Below, piece after piece: positions 1 to 7,896 of a stretch of 64,000 nucleotides of DNA. The DNA is from Candidatus Poriferihabitaceae bacterium (GTDB lineage: Bacteria > Pseudomonadota > Gammaproteobacteria > Arenicellales > Poriferihabitantaceae), in NCBI GenBank assembly GCA_965226545.1, contig OZ245364.1, positions 1,835,890 to 1,899,889 of the forward strand, given 5' to 3'. Within the stretch, counting starts at the first letter, position 1, and every line of letters begins with the position of its first letter. The translations under genes and the position numbers were made by a program. Below the pieces are notes generated by a model. The model worked only from the letters and a program-made list of their open reading frames with translations, did not search any database and was not told where the DNA came from.

Positions 1-557
1 ACGGCTCGTGGTTTTTTCTCGGCGAGTTATACACCGACCTGCCGCTGCCGATTGACCGGCCGGTCGGCGCGCATTGCGGAAGTTGCACGGCATGCATCGA
101 CATCTGTCCGACCGATGCAATCGTTGCGCCGTATCAATTGGATGCGCGCCGCTGCATTTCGTATTTAACGATTGAATTAAAGGGCGCCATCCCGCATGAA
201 TTTCGCGAAGCCATCGGCAACCGCATTTACGGCTGCGACGATTGCCAATTGGTCTGCCCGTGGAATCGCCGCGCGCGCATCGGCGTGCACCCCGACTTCG
301 CCGCGCGCCATCGCCTCGACCGCACTTCGCTGATTGAATTGTTCGCTTGGCGTCGCGAAGAATTCGAACGCAAAACCGAAGGCTCGCCGATACGCCGCAT
401 CGGACATCACCGCTGGCTGCGCAACATCGCCGTCGCCCTCGGCAACGCGCCGGCATCCGATGCGGTCAAAGCCGCCTTGCAAAAACGCCGCGCGCATCCG
501 TCGGCATTGGTGCGCGAACACACCGAGTGGGCGTTGCGGCGGCAGTTGGCGAAGTGA
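1..557 (+). CDS. queG: Epoxyqueuosine reductase QueG, 3' part (5' end outside window)
   Basis: The frame of ORF 138..557 stays open back to base 3. The translation ...HCGSCTACIDICPTDAI...RCISYLTIELKG...IYGCDDCQLVCPWNR shows two ferredoxin-type Cys clusters and the C-terminal tail typical of QueG. Confidence 0.85.
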   Translation, partial: GSWFFLGELYTDLPLPIDRPVGAHCGSCTACIDICPTDAIVAPYQLDARRCISYLTIELKGAIPHEFREAIGNRIYGCDDCQLVCPWNRRARIGVHPDFAARHRLDRTSLIELFAWRREEFERKTEGSPIRRIGHHRWLRNIAVALGNAPASDAVKAALQKRRAHPSALVREHTEWALRRQLAK

Positions 558-562
558 GGGTT

Positions 563-573
563 TTGTGTATAAT
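563..573 (+). promoter_or_regulatory. Promoter-like element TTGTGTATAAT (consensus -10 TATAAT at 568..573) upstream of small ORF copy 1
   Basis: Perfect TATAAT hexamer with TTGGCG at 546..551, 16 nt upstream. The same 11-mer recurs at 846..856 and upstream of rpmF. Confidence 0.4.
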
Positions 574-607
574 TGAGAAACCACTTAACTGAAGCGGGGA
601 AATTACG

Positions 608-808
608 ATGAAATCCAACTCTGAAAAACCGTTTAAGATTCGCGTAACCCAAAACGGCGGCGTTCGTTTTGACGGCAAAAAGTTTATGGAGCGTCCCGAA
701 GTGGATCGGGTGAATAAAATCCTGCGCAACATCGACTTCGAAGGCAAAAAATTGGTCGGCGACAAACTCGTGCCGATTGACGACAACGATTCCGCGCGCA
801 AAAAGTAA
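608..808 (+). CDS. Small hypothetical protein (66 aa), tandem copy 1
   Basis: ATG preceded by GGGGAAATTACG (SD-like). The differences from copy 2 outside one central patch are synonymous (gta/gtg, cgt ccc/cgc cct), which argues for real coding sequence. I recognise no family. Confidence 0.6.
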   Translation: MKSNSEKPFKIRVTQNGGVRFDGKKFMERPEVDRVNKILRNIDFEGKKLVGDKLVPIDDNDSARKK

Positions 809-845
809 AGTGCAACCATTGCGCAACAGTTGATGGATGGCGGGC

Positions 846-856
846 TTGTGTATAAT
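846..856 (+). promoter_or_regulatory. Promoter-like element TTGTGTATAAT upstream of small ORF copy 2
   Basis: Identical 11-mer to 563..573, with TATAAT at 851..856. Confidence 0.4.
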
Positions 857-890
857 TGGGCAACCACTTAACTGAACCGGGGCAATTACG

Positions 891-1091
891 ATGAAATCCA
901 ACTCTGAAAAACCGTTTAAGATTCGCGTGACCCAAAACGGCGGCGTTCGTTTTGACGGCAAAAAGTTTATGGAGCGCCCTGAAGTGAAACGGCAGAGTGA
1001 AATCCTGCTAAGCATTGACATCGAAGGCAAAAAATTGGTCGGCGGCAAACTCGTGCCGATTGACGACAACGATTCCGCGCGCAAAAAGTAA
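891..1091 (+). CDS. Small hypothetical protein (66 aa), tandem copy 2
   Basis: Same length and near-identical termini to copy 1. It differs in a clustered patch (DRVNKILRNIDF vs KRQSEILLSIDI) plus D/G at residue 52. Confidence 0.6.
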   Translation: MKSNSEKPFKIRVTQNGGVRFDGKKFMERPEVKRQSEILLSIDIEGKKLVGGKLVPIDDNDSARKK

Positions 1092-1157
1092 AGCGCAACC
1101 ATTGCGCAATGATGGATGGATGGCGACGCGCCGCAAAACGCCGACTGAATTTTATCC

Positions 1158-1847
1158 ATGTCACTTTCAACAAACGGACTTGTATTAAGCGCGCTGTCCA
1201 TATTGGCGTGCGGTTATCTTGTCTATTACGCCCCGCTTTGCCGTTTGTGGTGGGTGCGCGTTGGCGGCTATATGTTTTACTTTCGAATCCTGGTCGCCGG
1301 GCTTTGTTGGTTTTACCTAATCACCGCTTTGCTACAACTGACGACGCCTCAAGAGTTGCAGGTTGGCAGGTGGCTTAACTTCGACATCGCCCCGCAACAA
1401 GCCCCGCTCGTTGCGGTCATTGGCGCGATTATTTTTCGTGTGTTGGCGAAGAGTGTTGTTTGGCTTTACGCGCGCGACAAAAATCGGGAATACAATTTAA
1501 ATTTAAGAAGCCTCGACGCCGAAGAACTGGCGACATTTGTTTATCGCAAAGCGCATGCCGCGGAATTAATTATGGTGTCGCTGAAAAACGGAAAAGTGTA
1601 CGCGGGTTGGCCGCGCGAGATTCGCGGCGCGGACAGCAAATGGCTGCGACTTATCCCGGAATGGAGCGGACATCGTGACGCACAAGGGATGATTGCAATG
1701 CAGACCAACTACGCCAAAGTTTTTAGTGACATCCCCTATACCGAACGCGAACCGATGCTGATATTGGTGGAGGAAATCGTCACCGTCCAACCATTCGACG
1801 CGGAAATATTCATGCGGTTTGCGACCAATCCGCGCGCCGACCATTAA
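1158..1847 (+). CDS. Hypothetical membrane protein (about 3 N-terminal TM helices plus a soluble C-terminal domain)
   Basis: Hydrophobic N-terminus LVLSALSILACGYLVYYAPL / FYFRILVAGLCWFYLITALL / LVAVIGAIIFRVLA. The C-terminal part (...LIMVSLKNGKVYAGWPRE...WLRLIPEWSGHRD...) matches no family I can name. Its stop overlaps the dsrK stop (TTAA at 1844..1847). Confidence 0.6.
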   Translation: MSLSTNGLVLSALSILACGYLVYYAPLCRLWWVRVGGYMFYFRILVAGLCWFYLITALLQLTTPQELQVGRWLNFDIAPQQAPLVAVIGAIIFRVLAKSVVWLYARDKNREYNLNLRSLDAEELATFVYRKAHAAELIMVSLKNGKVYAGWPREIRGADSKWLRLIPEWSGHRDAQGMIAMQTNYAKVFSDIPYTEREPMLILVEEIVTVQPFDAEIFMRFATNPRADH

Positions 1848-3433
1848 CCCCGCAACACAATCGCCTCGCCGACCAATTGATGCACGCCGACAATCATCGT
1901 GCGGTCGAAGTTGAAGTGCGGAAGGGTTTCGCTGAATTGACTTTTGCAGATGGCGCAAATCGCGGCGATGTGGGTGACGCCGTGGTCGCGGACGACTTCA
2001 TGCAACGCTTGCATGCGCGGGGCGGCGCCTTGCAGGCGCAATTCCAGCAGGTCGTCGGTCAGCAAACCGCCGCCGCCGCCGCAACAAAATGTCGCTTCGC
2101 CGATTGCATTGGCGCGCATATCGACGAAGCGATTGCAGCAGGCGCGGATAATCGCGCGCGGTATGCGGAATTGCCCGCCGGGTCGGCCGCCGAAATTGGA
2201 TGCGCGCGCGATGTTGCATGAGTCGTGAAAGGTGATTACCTTGTCGTCGTGGCGTTGTTTATCGAAGCGCAATGCGCCCTGTTGAATCAATTCATTGGTG
2301 AGTTCGCAGATATGTTGCGGCGACGGATAACGCGCATCCAAAAAATCCAACCGGCCGATTAACGTCTCCCAATAATTGTGCGCGACGCGCCATGCGTGTC
2401 CGCATTCGCCGACCACGATTCGTTTAACGCCGAGGTCGCGCGCGGCATCGCGCACGCGCATGGCGATGTTTTTCATCTGTTGTTGATTGCCGACAAACAA
2501 GCCGAAGTTGGCGGCCTCGCCGGCGTGCGTGCTGAGCGTCCAACTGACGCCGGCGGCGTGAAACACTTTGGCGCAGCCGATTAAGCCGTCGACATGCGGC
2601 TCGGCGAATAAATCCGCCGACGGCACCACCAGCAACACTTCGGCGCCGGCTTGGTCGAGCGGGAAGGCGACTTGCGCGCCGCATTGTTCGGCGACATCGT
2701 CGCGCAATACATCGAGCGTGTCGGCAATCGCGGCAGCCGATGCGCCGAAGTTGTTGCCGGTTTGATTGACCTTGCCGATGATTTCATTGGCGTATTTTTG
2801 CCCGACGCCAACGCTCGCCAAAATCTCGCGACCGGCTTGGGTGACTTCGGCGGTGTCGATGCCAAACGGGCAATACACCGAACAACGCCGACACTGCGAG
2901 CATTGATGATAATAGGCGTACCATTCGCGCAACACTTGTTCGGTCAACTCGACGGCGCCAACCAGCCACGGAAAATATTTGCCGGCAAAGGTGAAATGCC
3001 GTCGATACACTTTGCGCATTAACTCTTGACGCGCCACCGGCATGTTGTTGGCGTCGCCGCCGCCGAGAAAATAATGGCATTTGTCGGTGCATGCCCCGCA
3101 CTTGACGCAGCAATCCATAAACACCCGCAACGCGCGATTTTGCCCGAGCAATTGCTTCATCTTGGCAAGCGCCTTGGCTTGCCAATCATCGACCAACTGC
3201 GGCGGAAAGCCGAGCGCGGTTTGTTGTTCGGCTGAAGCCTGTTGCGGCGCCAACGGCGCTTTGCTGTGAATTCGAATCGGCGGAATTTGCGGATGATGGG
3301 TGATGACCGGAATATCGAATGCGCGCGCGGTCGATGGACTCGGTGAACTCGATGGACTCGATGCGGTCGACGCATTCGATGTACTCGAAACGTTCGAAAC
3401 GTTCGATAGTTTCGATGTATTGGATGCGTTCAT
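1844..3433 (-). CDS. dsrK: DsrK-like Fe-S/CCG-domain heterodisulfide-reductase-type subunit
   Basis: CCVKCGACTDKCHYF and CSQCRRCSVYCPFGID ferredoxin-type clusters, plus CCG-type motifs (CGHAWR, FHDSCNIAR, FCCGGGGG). It lies directly downstream of dsrM. The first ~35 aa are Ser/Asn low complexity. Confidence 0.8.
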   Translation of the reverse strand: MNASNTSKLSNVSNVSSTSNASTASSPSSSPSPSTARAFDIPVITHHPQIPPIRIHSKAPLAPQQASAEQQTALGFPPQLVDDWQAKALAKMKQLLGQNRALRVFMDCCVKCGACTDKCHYFLGGGDANNMPVARQELMRKVYRRHFTFAGKYFPWLVGAVELTEQVLREWYAYYHQCSQCRRCSVYCPFGIDTAEVTQAGREILASVGVGQKYANEIIGKVNQTGNNFGASAAAIADTLDVLRDDVAEQCGAQVAFPLDQAGAEVLLVVPSADLFAEPHVDGLIGCAKVFHAAGVSWTLSTHAGEAANFGLFVGNQQQMKNIAMRVRDAARDLGVKRIVVGECGHAWRVAHNYWETLIGRLDFLDARYPSPQHICELTNELIQQGALRFDKQRHDDKVITFHDSCNIARASNFGGRPGGQFRIPRAIIRACCNRFVDMRANAIGEATFCCGGGGGLLTDDLLELRLQGAAPRMQALHEVVRDHGVTHIAAICAICKSQFSETLPHFNFDRTMIVGVHQLVGEAIVLRG

Positions 3434-3440
3434 TTCAGTT

Positions 3441-4157
3441 TCATTTTTTTACGCGCGCACGACGCACACGGTCGGCTTGATTGCGCGTCGGGCTAAACAG
3501 CACGCCGGGGGCATGCAGTAATTTGCTGATGGGAAAAATCATCATCAACACCGCCGCCAACCCAAGATGAATCCACAGCGCGGCATTGCCCGGCAACGGC
3601 GCGATATGCAACCCAAGCCACGACAACACGAATTGTTTGAGCGCAAATAAATTGACGCGCCAAATGTATTCCACCGCCAAGCCGCTGAGGCAAAGCGCCG
3701 CCAACAACGCGAGCATTAAATAATCCGACGGCGTCGAGATGTAACGCACGCGGTCGACCCACACCCGTCGCGCGGCCAAGCCGCCCAAGCCGATGAGCAT
3801 CAACCCGCCGCTCCAATCGGCGAGCGGCTGCAGGCGGTGCACCCAACCCCACACCGGCTCGGCGACATAACGCAAATGACGAATCAACGCCAGCACCAAC
3901 GCAAAATGAAACAGCCAACCGAACGCCCAAGTCCAACGGCTTGCCTTAAACAAACTTTCGAACAACAGAATCTCGCGCATCATCCGCAACATCACTCCGA
4001 ATCTCGTAACCGGCGCCGGCGTGGTTGGAATTCGCAGGCGCATCGGCGTGCGCGCATACAACCACACCCGCCGCGCGATGCCGAGCGTCATCACCGCCGC
4101 GCCCGCATACAACAACACTGCAATCGCCGCGCCCGCCGCGTTTACGTTTATGCTCAC
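3441..4157 (-). CDS. dsrM: DsrM-like NarI-type dihaem membrane subunit
   Basis: Polytopic membrane protein with conserved His in helices (FHFALVLALIRHLRY; WIHLGLAAVLMMIFPISKLLH), located between dsrC and dsrK. Confidence 0.75.
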   Translation of the reverse strand: MSINVNAAGAAIAVLLYAGAAVMTLGIARRVWLYARTPMRLRIPTTPAPVTRFGVMLRMMREILLFESLFKASRWTWAFGWLFHFALVLALIRHLRYVAEPVWGWVHRLQPLADWSGGLMLIGLGGLAARRVWVDRVRYISTPSDYLMLALLAALCLSGLAVEYIWRVNLFALKQFVLSWLGLHIAPLPGNAALWIHLGLAAVLMMIFPISKLLHAPGVLFSPTRNQADRVRRARVKK

Positions 4158-4172
4158 GCCCGCGCCCGCGCC

Positions 4173-4508
4173 TTATACGCAGCCGGTCGGCTTGGGCAGC
4201 CCGGCATAACGGCAGGCTTGTTTGGCCGGGCCGTATGGAAACAGTTCATACAGATATTTGCTGTTGCCCTTTTCCTTGCCGAGGCGATTGCCGATGGCTT
4301 TGGTCAACACGCGCACCGCCGGGGCGATTTGATATTCGGCGTAGTAGTCGCGCAAAAAATGCAGCACTTGCCAATGCGCATCGGATAATTCGATGCCGTC
4401 TTGTTGCGCCATCAAAGTCGCCAACGCCGCGCTCCAATCCTCCAAGTTGGCGAGATAGCCCTCTTGGTCGGTTTGGTAACGCGCGCCGTTTAATTCCAAA
4501 GTCGCCAT
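4173..4508 (-). CDS. dsrC: DsrC sulfur-carrier protein
   Basis: 111 aa ending ...GPAKQACRYAGLPKPTGCV. Both conserved cysteines are present (C-x10-C-V). Confidence 0.85.
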   Translation of the reverse strand: MATLELNGARYQTDQEGYLANLEDWSAALATLMAQQDGIELSDAHWQVLHFLRDYYAEYQIAPAVRVLTKAIGNRLGKEKGNSKYLYELFPYGPAKQACRYAGLPKPTGCV

Positions 4509-4546
4509 TGATAAAATCCGTCAACCCTGCGGACAACGCCGCACCA

Positions 4547-4867
4547 TTAAAGCCACGATTGCACTTTGTCGCTTTGTGCCGCCAATGCAACAAAGCCGTC
4601 ATAGCCGACCACCTCGACGCCATCCACCAACCGCCGCGCATCGATGCCGCGCGCCTTTAAGTCGGCGTCCAACGCATAGAATTTTTTGTCGCGCATCGCC
4701 GTGCGCACCCGCGATGCAATTGCGCCGTCAGCCAAGGCGGCGTATACGCCGTCCTCTATCAACAACACCCGCGCGCCGGCGCGCGCCAACCGCAAACAGG
4801 AGTCCAAACTGTTTTTTTCAAACGGTGATTTGTTGACGATGTGCAGCATTGATTGCGTTGATGGCAT
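4547..4867 (-). CDS. dsrH: DsrH/TusB-family sulfur relay protein
   Basis: ~100-aa protein (MLHIVNKSPFE...LLIEDGVYAAL...) positioned after dsrE and dsrF. Confidence 0.7.
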   Translation of the reverse strand: MPSTQSMLHIVNKSPFEKNSLDSCLRLARAGARVLLIEDGVYAALADGAIASRVRTAMRDKKFYALDADLKARGIDARRLVDGVEVVGYDGFVALAAQSDKVQSWL

Positions 4868-4899
4868 TGATGGCGAGCCCGACAGTTTATTAAACCGAA

Positions 4900-5040
4900 A
4901 TTAATTAAATTATATTATTTAATTAAACCATATTAACTGCAATTGCAATTAACCAAGTGATTAACCAATAACCCGGTTAACTTAACACGATTAACGTAAC
5001 CCCGTTAACTTAACAAAGTTAACTTACTGAAGTTAACTTA
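4900..5040. repeat. A/T-rich GTTAAC-containing low-complexity spacer between dsrF and dsrH
   Basis: ...ggttaacttaacacgattaacgtaaccccgttaacttaacaaagttaacttactgaagttaactta... has four GTTAAC sites in ~80 nt, inside an apparent operon. Confidence 0.9.
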
Positions 5041-5078
5041 TCCAATCGAACCCAACAAAGCGTCCGTCAAAATGCCCA

Positions 5079-5468
5079 TCAAAAATTCAACAACACATCC
5101 TGCTCGGCAATCACTTCCGACAATGCCTCGGCCGACAGTATGCGGATTAATGAATCGGCGTGCGCGTCATCGCTACGCGGCAACTGCATCAAATCATCGT
5201 CGCCCAAACCGCGCAACGCAAGCGATTCGCGTTCGACATATACGCGATGCACTTCATAATCGCCCAACGCCGCAAACGCCGCGGCGAAATTTTTCATCGC
5301 CAAATCGCGCGGTTGTTGGTCGCGCAACAATTGAAACACGCCGTCGTCGATAAACGCCAACGATACCCGCTGCTCAAACGCCGCGCCAACCAACGCAACA
5401 TCCAACCCTTCCTGCGCATAATTGGTGCCGTGCGGTGCGCGGCGATTGATGTACATAATTTTTTTCAT
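5079..5468 (-). CDS. dsrF: DsrF/TusC-family sulfur relay protein
   Basis: MKKIMYINRRAPHGTNYAQEGLDVALVGAAFEQ... I chose the ATG at 5468. The ORF track extends to 5498 through a low-complexity MNASRMNANR segment. Confidence 0.75.
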   Translation of the reverse strand: MKKIMYINRRAPHGTNYAQEGLDVALVGAAFEQRVSLAFIDDGVFQLLRDQQPRDLAMKNFAAAFAALGDYEVHRVYVERESLALRGLGDDDLMQLPRSDDAHADSLIRILSAEALSEVIAEQDVLLNF

Positions 5469-5677
5469 TCGGTTTGCGTTCATCCGACTTGCATTCATTC
5501 GAATCGCTCATTCGAATCGTTGATGCGCATCGTTGATTAAATTGGTTGCGCGAGTTGCGTATGTGAATTGTGCTTGCGAATTATGTATGTGAATTATGTA
5601 TGTGAATTGTTTACTCGAACCGCGCACGCGCATCATTTATGCAACACTTTACGCGCAATCACTCGTTTCATCACAAC

Positions 5678-6070
5678 TCAATCGCCAAAGGTAATCACCC
5701 GGTCGGCGCAAATCGCCGCGTCCACCAATTGCCCAAGCCCGGCAATCTTAAACCCGGCGGCGATGTTGTTGGCATCGACGCCGTGTCGATGTTGTTCGGC
5801 GGCGTCCAACACGCCGCGCCGTTGCGCCGCGGCGATGCAGACCGCCAACTCCAATCGATGTTGCGCCGCCAATTGCGCCCAACGTTCGCCGATGCGGCGT
5901 TCATCTTGCGGCGGCTGCGACAGGCGCGATGCGTTATGCACGCCGTCATGATAAAAAAACACGCGCACAATTTCATGCCCGCCAGCCAATGCCGCGACCG
6001 CAAAATGATACGCGCTGTCGCTGGCTTGATGCGTATAAGGCGCTTCATTGACGACGATGGCAAATTTCAT
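5678..6070 (-). CDS. dsrE: DsrE/TusD-family sulfur relay protein
   Basis: MKFAIVVNEAPYTHQASDSAYHFA... with the conserved Cys context LAVCIAAAQRRG. Confidence 0.8.
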   Translation of the reverse strand: MKFAIVVNEAPYTHQASDSAYHFAVAALAGGHEIVRVFFYHDGVHNASRLSQPPQDERRIGERWAQLAAQHRLELAVCIAAAQRRGVLDAAEQHRHGVDANNIAAGFKIAGLGQLVDAAICADRVITFGD

Positions 6071-6262
6071 TTAATGGCGACCCTTGATGCAATCATTTAT
6101 ACAATCATCGACACCGCGATTAACACGACTGGCGACCAATTCATCGATGCACTTTCGATGCGCAAGTGGCGTTGTACGATTGCATTGTGCGATTGCGTTG
6201 TGCGATTGCATTGTCGAATGGCGGTACGCAATGCCTTATGCGTCACTTCGCACCACTTCGCA

Positions 6263-6823
6263 TCACCGCACATCATCATCGACGGTGTTAATAAAGGTCG
6301 CACGATAATATTTCAATTCTTCAATCGACTCGCGGATGTCATCCAAGGCGCGATGTGCGTTGTTTTTTTTAAACCCCTTGACCAATTCCGGCCGCCAACG
6401 CACCGCCAATTCCTTAATCGTGCTGACATCCAAATTGCGATAATGCATATACGCCTCGAGTTTCGGCATATAGCGCGCAAGAAAACGGCGGTCTTGGCAA
6501 ATCGAATTGCCGCACAACGGCGAATGATTGCCCGGCACATGTTTGGCGATGAACTTTAAGGTTTGCCGTTCGGCGTCGCTTTCGCTGATTTGCGATTCCT
6601 TGACGCGATTGACCAACCCGCTTTCAGTGTGGGTGCGCGTGTTCCATTCATCCATGTTGGCAAGCCGCGTCAACGGTTGCGATATGGCGAGCACCGGGCC
6701 TTCTTCAATCAAGTTCAACTCGGCGTCGGTAATCACCGTGGCAATTTCAATGATGCGGTCGTCGCTCGGCGACAAGCCGGTCATCTCCAAATCAATCCAA
6801 ACGAGGTTTTGGTTTTGCGGCAT
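6263..6823 (-). CDS. orn: Oligoribonuclease
   Basis: [12 protein letters not shown]...[10 protein letters not shown]...[18 protein letters not shown], DEDDh exonuclease motifs. Confidence 0.9.
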   Translation of the reverse strand: MPQNQNLVWIDLEMTGLSPSDDRIIEIATVITDAELNLIEEGPVLAISQPLTRLANMDEWNTRTHTESGLVNRVKESQISESDAERQTLKFIAKHVPGNHSPLCGNSICQDRRFLARYMPKLEAYMHYRNLDVSTIKELAVRWRPELVKGFKKNNAHRALDDIRESIEELKYYRATFINTVDDDVR

Positions 6824-6870
6824 TCGACTGCGCGATGGGTGGGGGGATTGGGTGGCGGGTTAATTAAGCG

Positions 6871-7659
6871 TCAACTGAGCGTCAATTGATTGGCAACCGC
6901 CAACAACGCCGCGGCTGCGGTTTCGATGCGCAACACATGCGCGCCCAACGCCAGATGCTTCACATTTGCGCGCGCCAATAATTCGCGTTCGGCGCGGTTC
7001 AGCCCGCCTTCCGGCCCGACCAACAACACGATGCGCCGCACCGCGCGAGATTGCGCATTGGCATGCACATCAATTATGCCCGCTTTATGCGCGAAAAGCG
7101 ACTCGCCGTCGCGCGCACCCGCCAGCCAGGCATCGCCGGGCGCGCGCGTCGCCAACAATTCATCGAGCGTCGACTCGGCGTCAATCGTCGGCAAATAACA
7201 ACGCCGCGATTGTTTGCATGCGCTGATTAAAATCCGCCGCCAACGTGCGCCCATCGCCGCGCGATAACGCAACACGCTGCGCTCGACCGCCAGCGGGATA
7301 AACCGATGCATGCCGAGTTGCGTTGCGCTGTCCAACAACACCGCCTGCGCATCGCCTTTCGGTATCGCGCACGCCAACGCAATCTCGATTTCATCGCGCG
7401 CCGCCGTCTCGATGCGCACAATGCGCAAGCGCATCGACGCCGGACGCGCATTGCATTCGACCACGACGCAATGCGCAAGCGCGCCGTTGCCGTCGGTCAC
7501 ACAAACCGCATCGCCGATGTCACATCGCCGCGCGCGCACCGCGTGAATCGCTTCGCGCGGTTCGAGCGCGATGCATTCGCCCGCGTCAGCCAATTCGGCG
7601 TAATAAAAAAACGCGGCGGGTGACGGTGATGGCGGCGACGATGGTGACGGTGGCGGCAT
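6871..7659 (-). CDS. rsmE: 16S rRNA (uracil1498-N3)-methyltransferase RsmE
   Basis: C-terminal [19 protein letters not shown]...[17 protein letters not shown] is typical of RsmE. The Pro/Ser-rich N-terminus makes the start uncertain. Confidence 0.75.
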   Translation of the reverse strand: MPPPSPSSPPSPSPAAFFYYAELADAGECIALEPREAIHAVRARRCDIGDAVCVTDGNGALAHCVVVECNARPASMRLRIVRIETAARDEIEIALACAIPKGDAQAVLLDSATQLGMHRFIPLAVERSVLRYRAAMGARWRRILISACKQSRRCYLPTIDAESTLDELLATRAPGDAWLAGARDGESLFAHKAGIIDVHANAQSRAVRRIVLLVGPEGGLNRAERELLARANVKHLALGAHVLRIETAAAALLAVANQLTLS

Positions 7660-7683
7660 TTAAGTGACTGGGTAAATAACTTG

Positions 7684-7775
7684 GCGAGTGACAATGTGCA
7701 AGTGACAATGCGAATGACGATGCAAGTGACAATGCAAGTGGCAATGCAAATGACAATGTATGTGACAATACAACC
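7684..7775. repeat. Imperfect tandem repeat, motif (a/g)tgacaatgca
   Basis: gtgacaatgtgcaagtgacaatgcgaatgacgatgcaagtgacaatgcaagtggcaatgcaaatgacaatgtatgtgacaat, in the rsmE/fabI divergent spacer. Confidence 0.9.
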
Positions 7776-7896
7776 GAAAACGAAAATGGAAGTCGAAATG
7801 GAAATGCCCGGCAAACAGTTGCGCGCGCGCGTCCGCACTTGTATAGTGCATATCGTAACCAATTCACTCGAGCAACGAGTAACCAACCAACCGCAC

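Larger units (their letters stand above)
563..1128 (+). repeat. Tandem duplication, 2 x ~283 bp. Each unit carries a promoter-like box, SD, 66-codon ORF and short GC hairpin.
   Basis: The ATGs at 608 and 891 are 283 nt apart. The flanks align (gtgtataattg(a/g)g(a/c)aaccacttaactgaa(g/c)cgggg(a/c)aattacgatg and taaag(t/c)gcaaccattgcgcaa). Confidence 0.85.

Noticed and set aside
177-1201. Minus-strand ORFs 177..584, 407..1201 and 466..867 opposite queG and the small-ORF cassettes
   Set aside because: They are antisense to a recognisable queG and to ORFs with promoter and SD signals and a synonymous-substitution pattern. Their internal repetition merely mirrors the tandem duplication.
4173-6070. 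Reading dsrEFH + dsrC as the tRNA 2-thiouridine relay tusDCB + tusE
   Set aside because: The DsrC-like protein keeps both C-terminal-arm cysteines and is directly followed by dsrMK, which fits a Dsr-type module. The alternative cannot be fully excluded without phylogeny.
5639-6559. Long plus-strand ORF (306 aa) across dsrE, the spacer and orn. Similar long antisense ORFs include 12055..13023, 13027..13845, 14660..15562, 17553..18368, 19359..20243, 24014..24862, 40200..41033 and 41835..42530.
   Set aside because: These are typical stop-poor antisense frames of GC-rich genes. Each lies opposite a gene with unambiguous family motifs, and their products are Arg/Ala-rich with no recognisable domains.
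7681-7896. N-terminal extension of fabI ([13 protein letters not shown]...)
   Set aside because: This is a translation of the gtgacaatgca repeat. FabI homology starts at the ATG at 7897.
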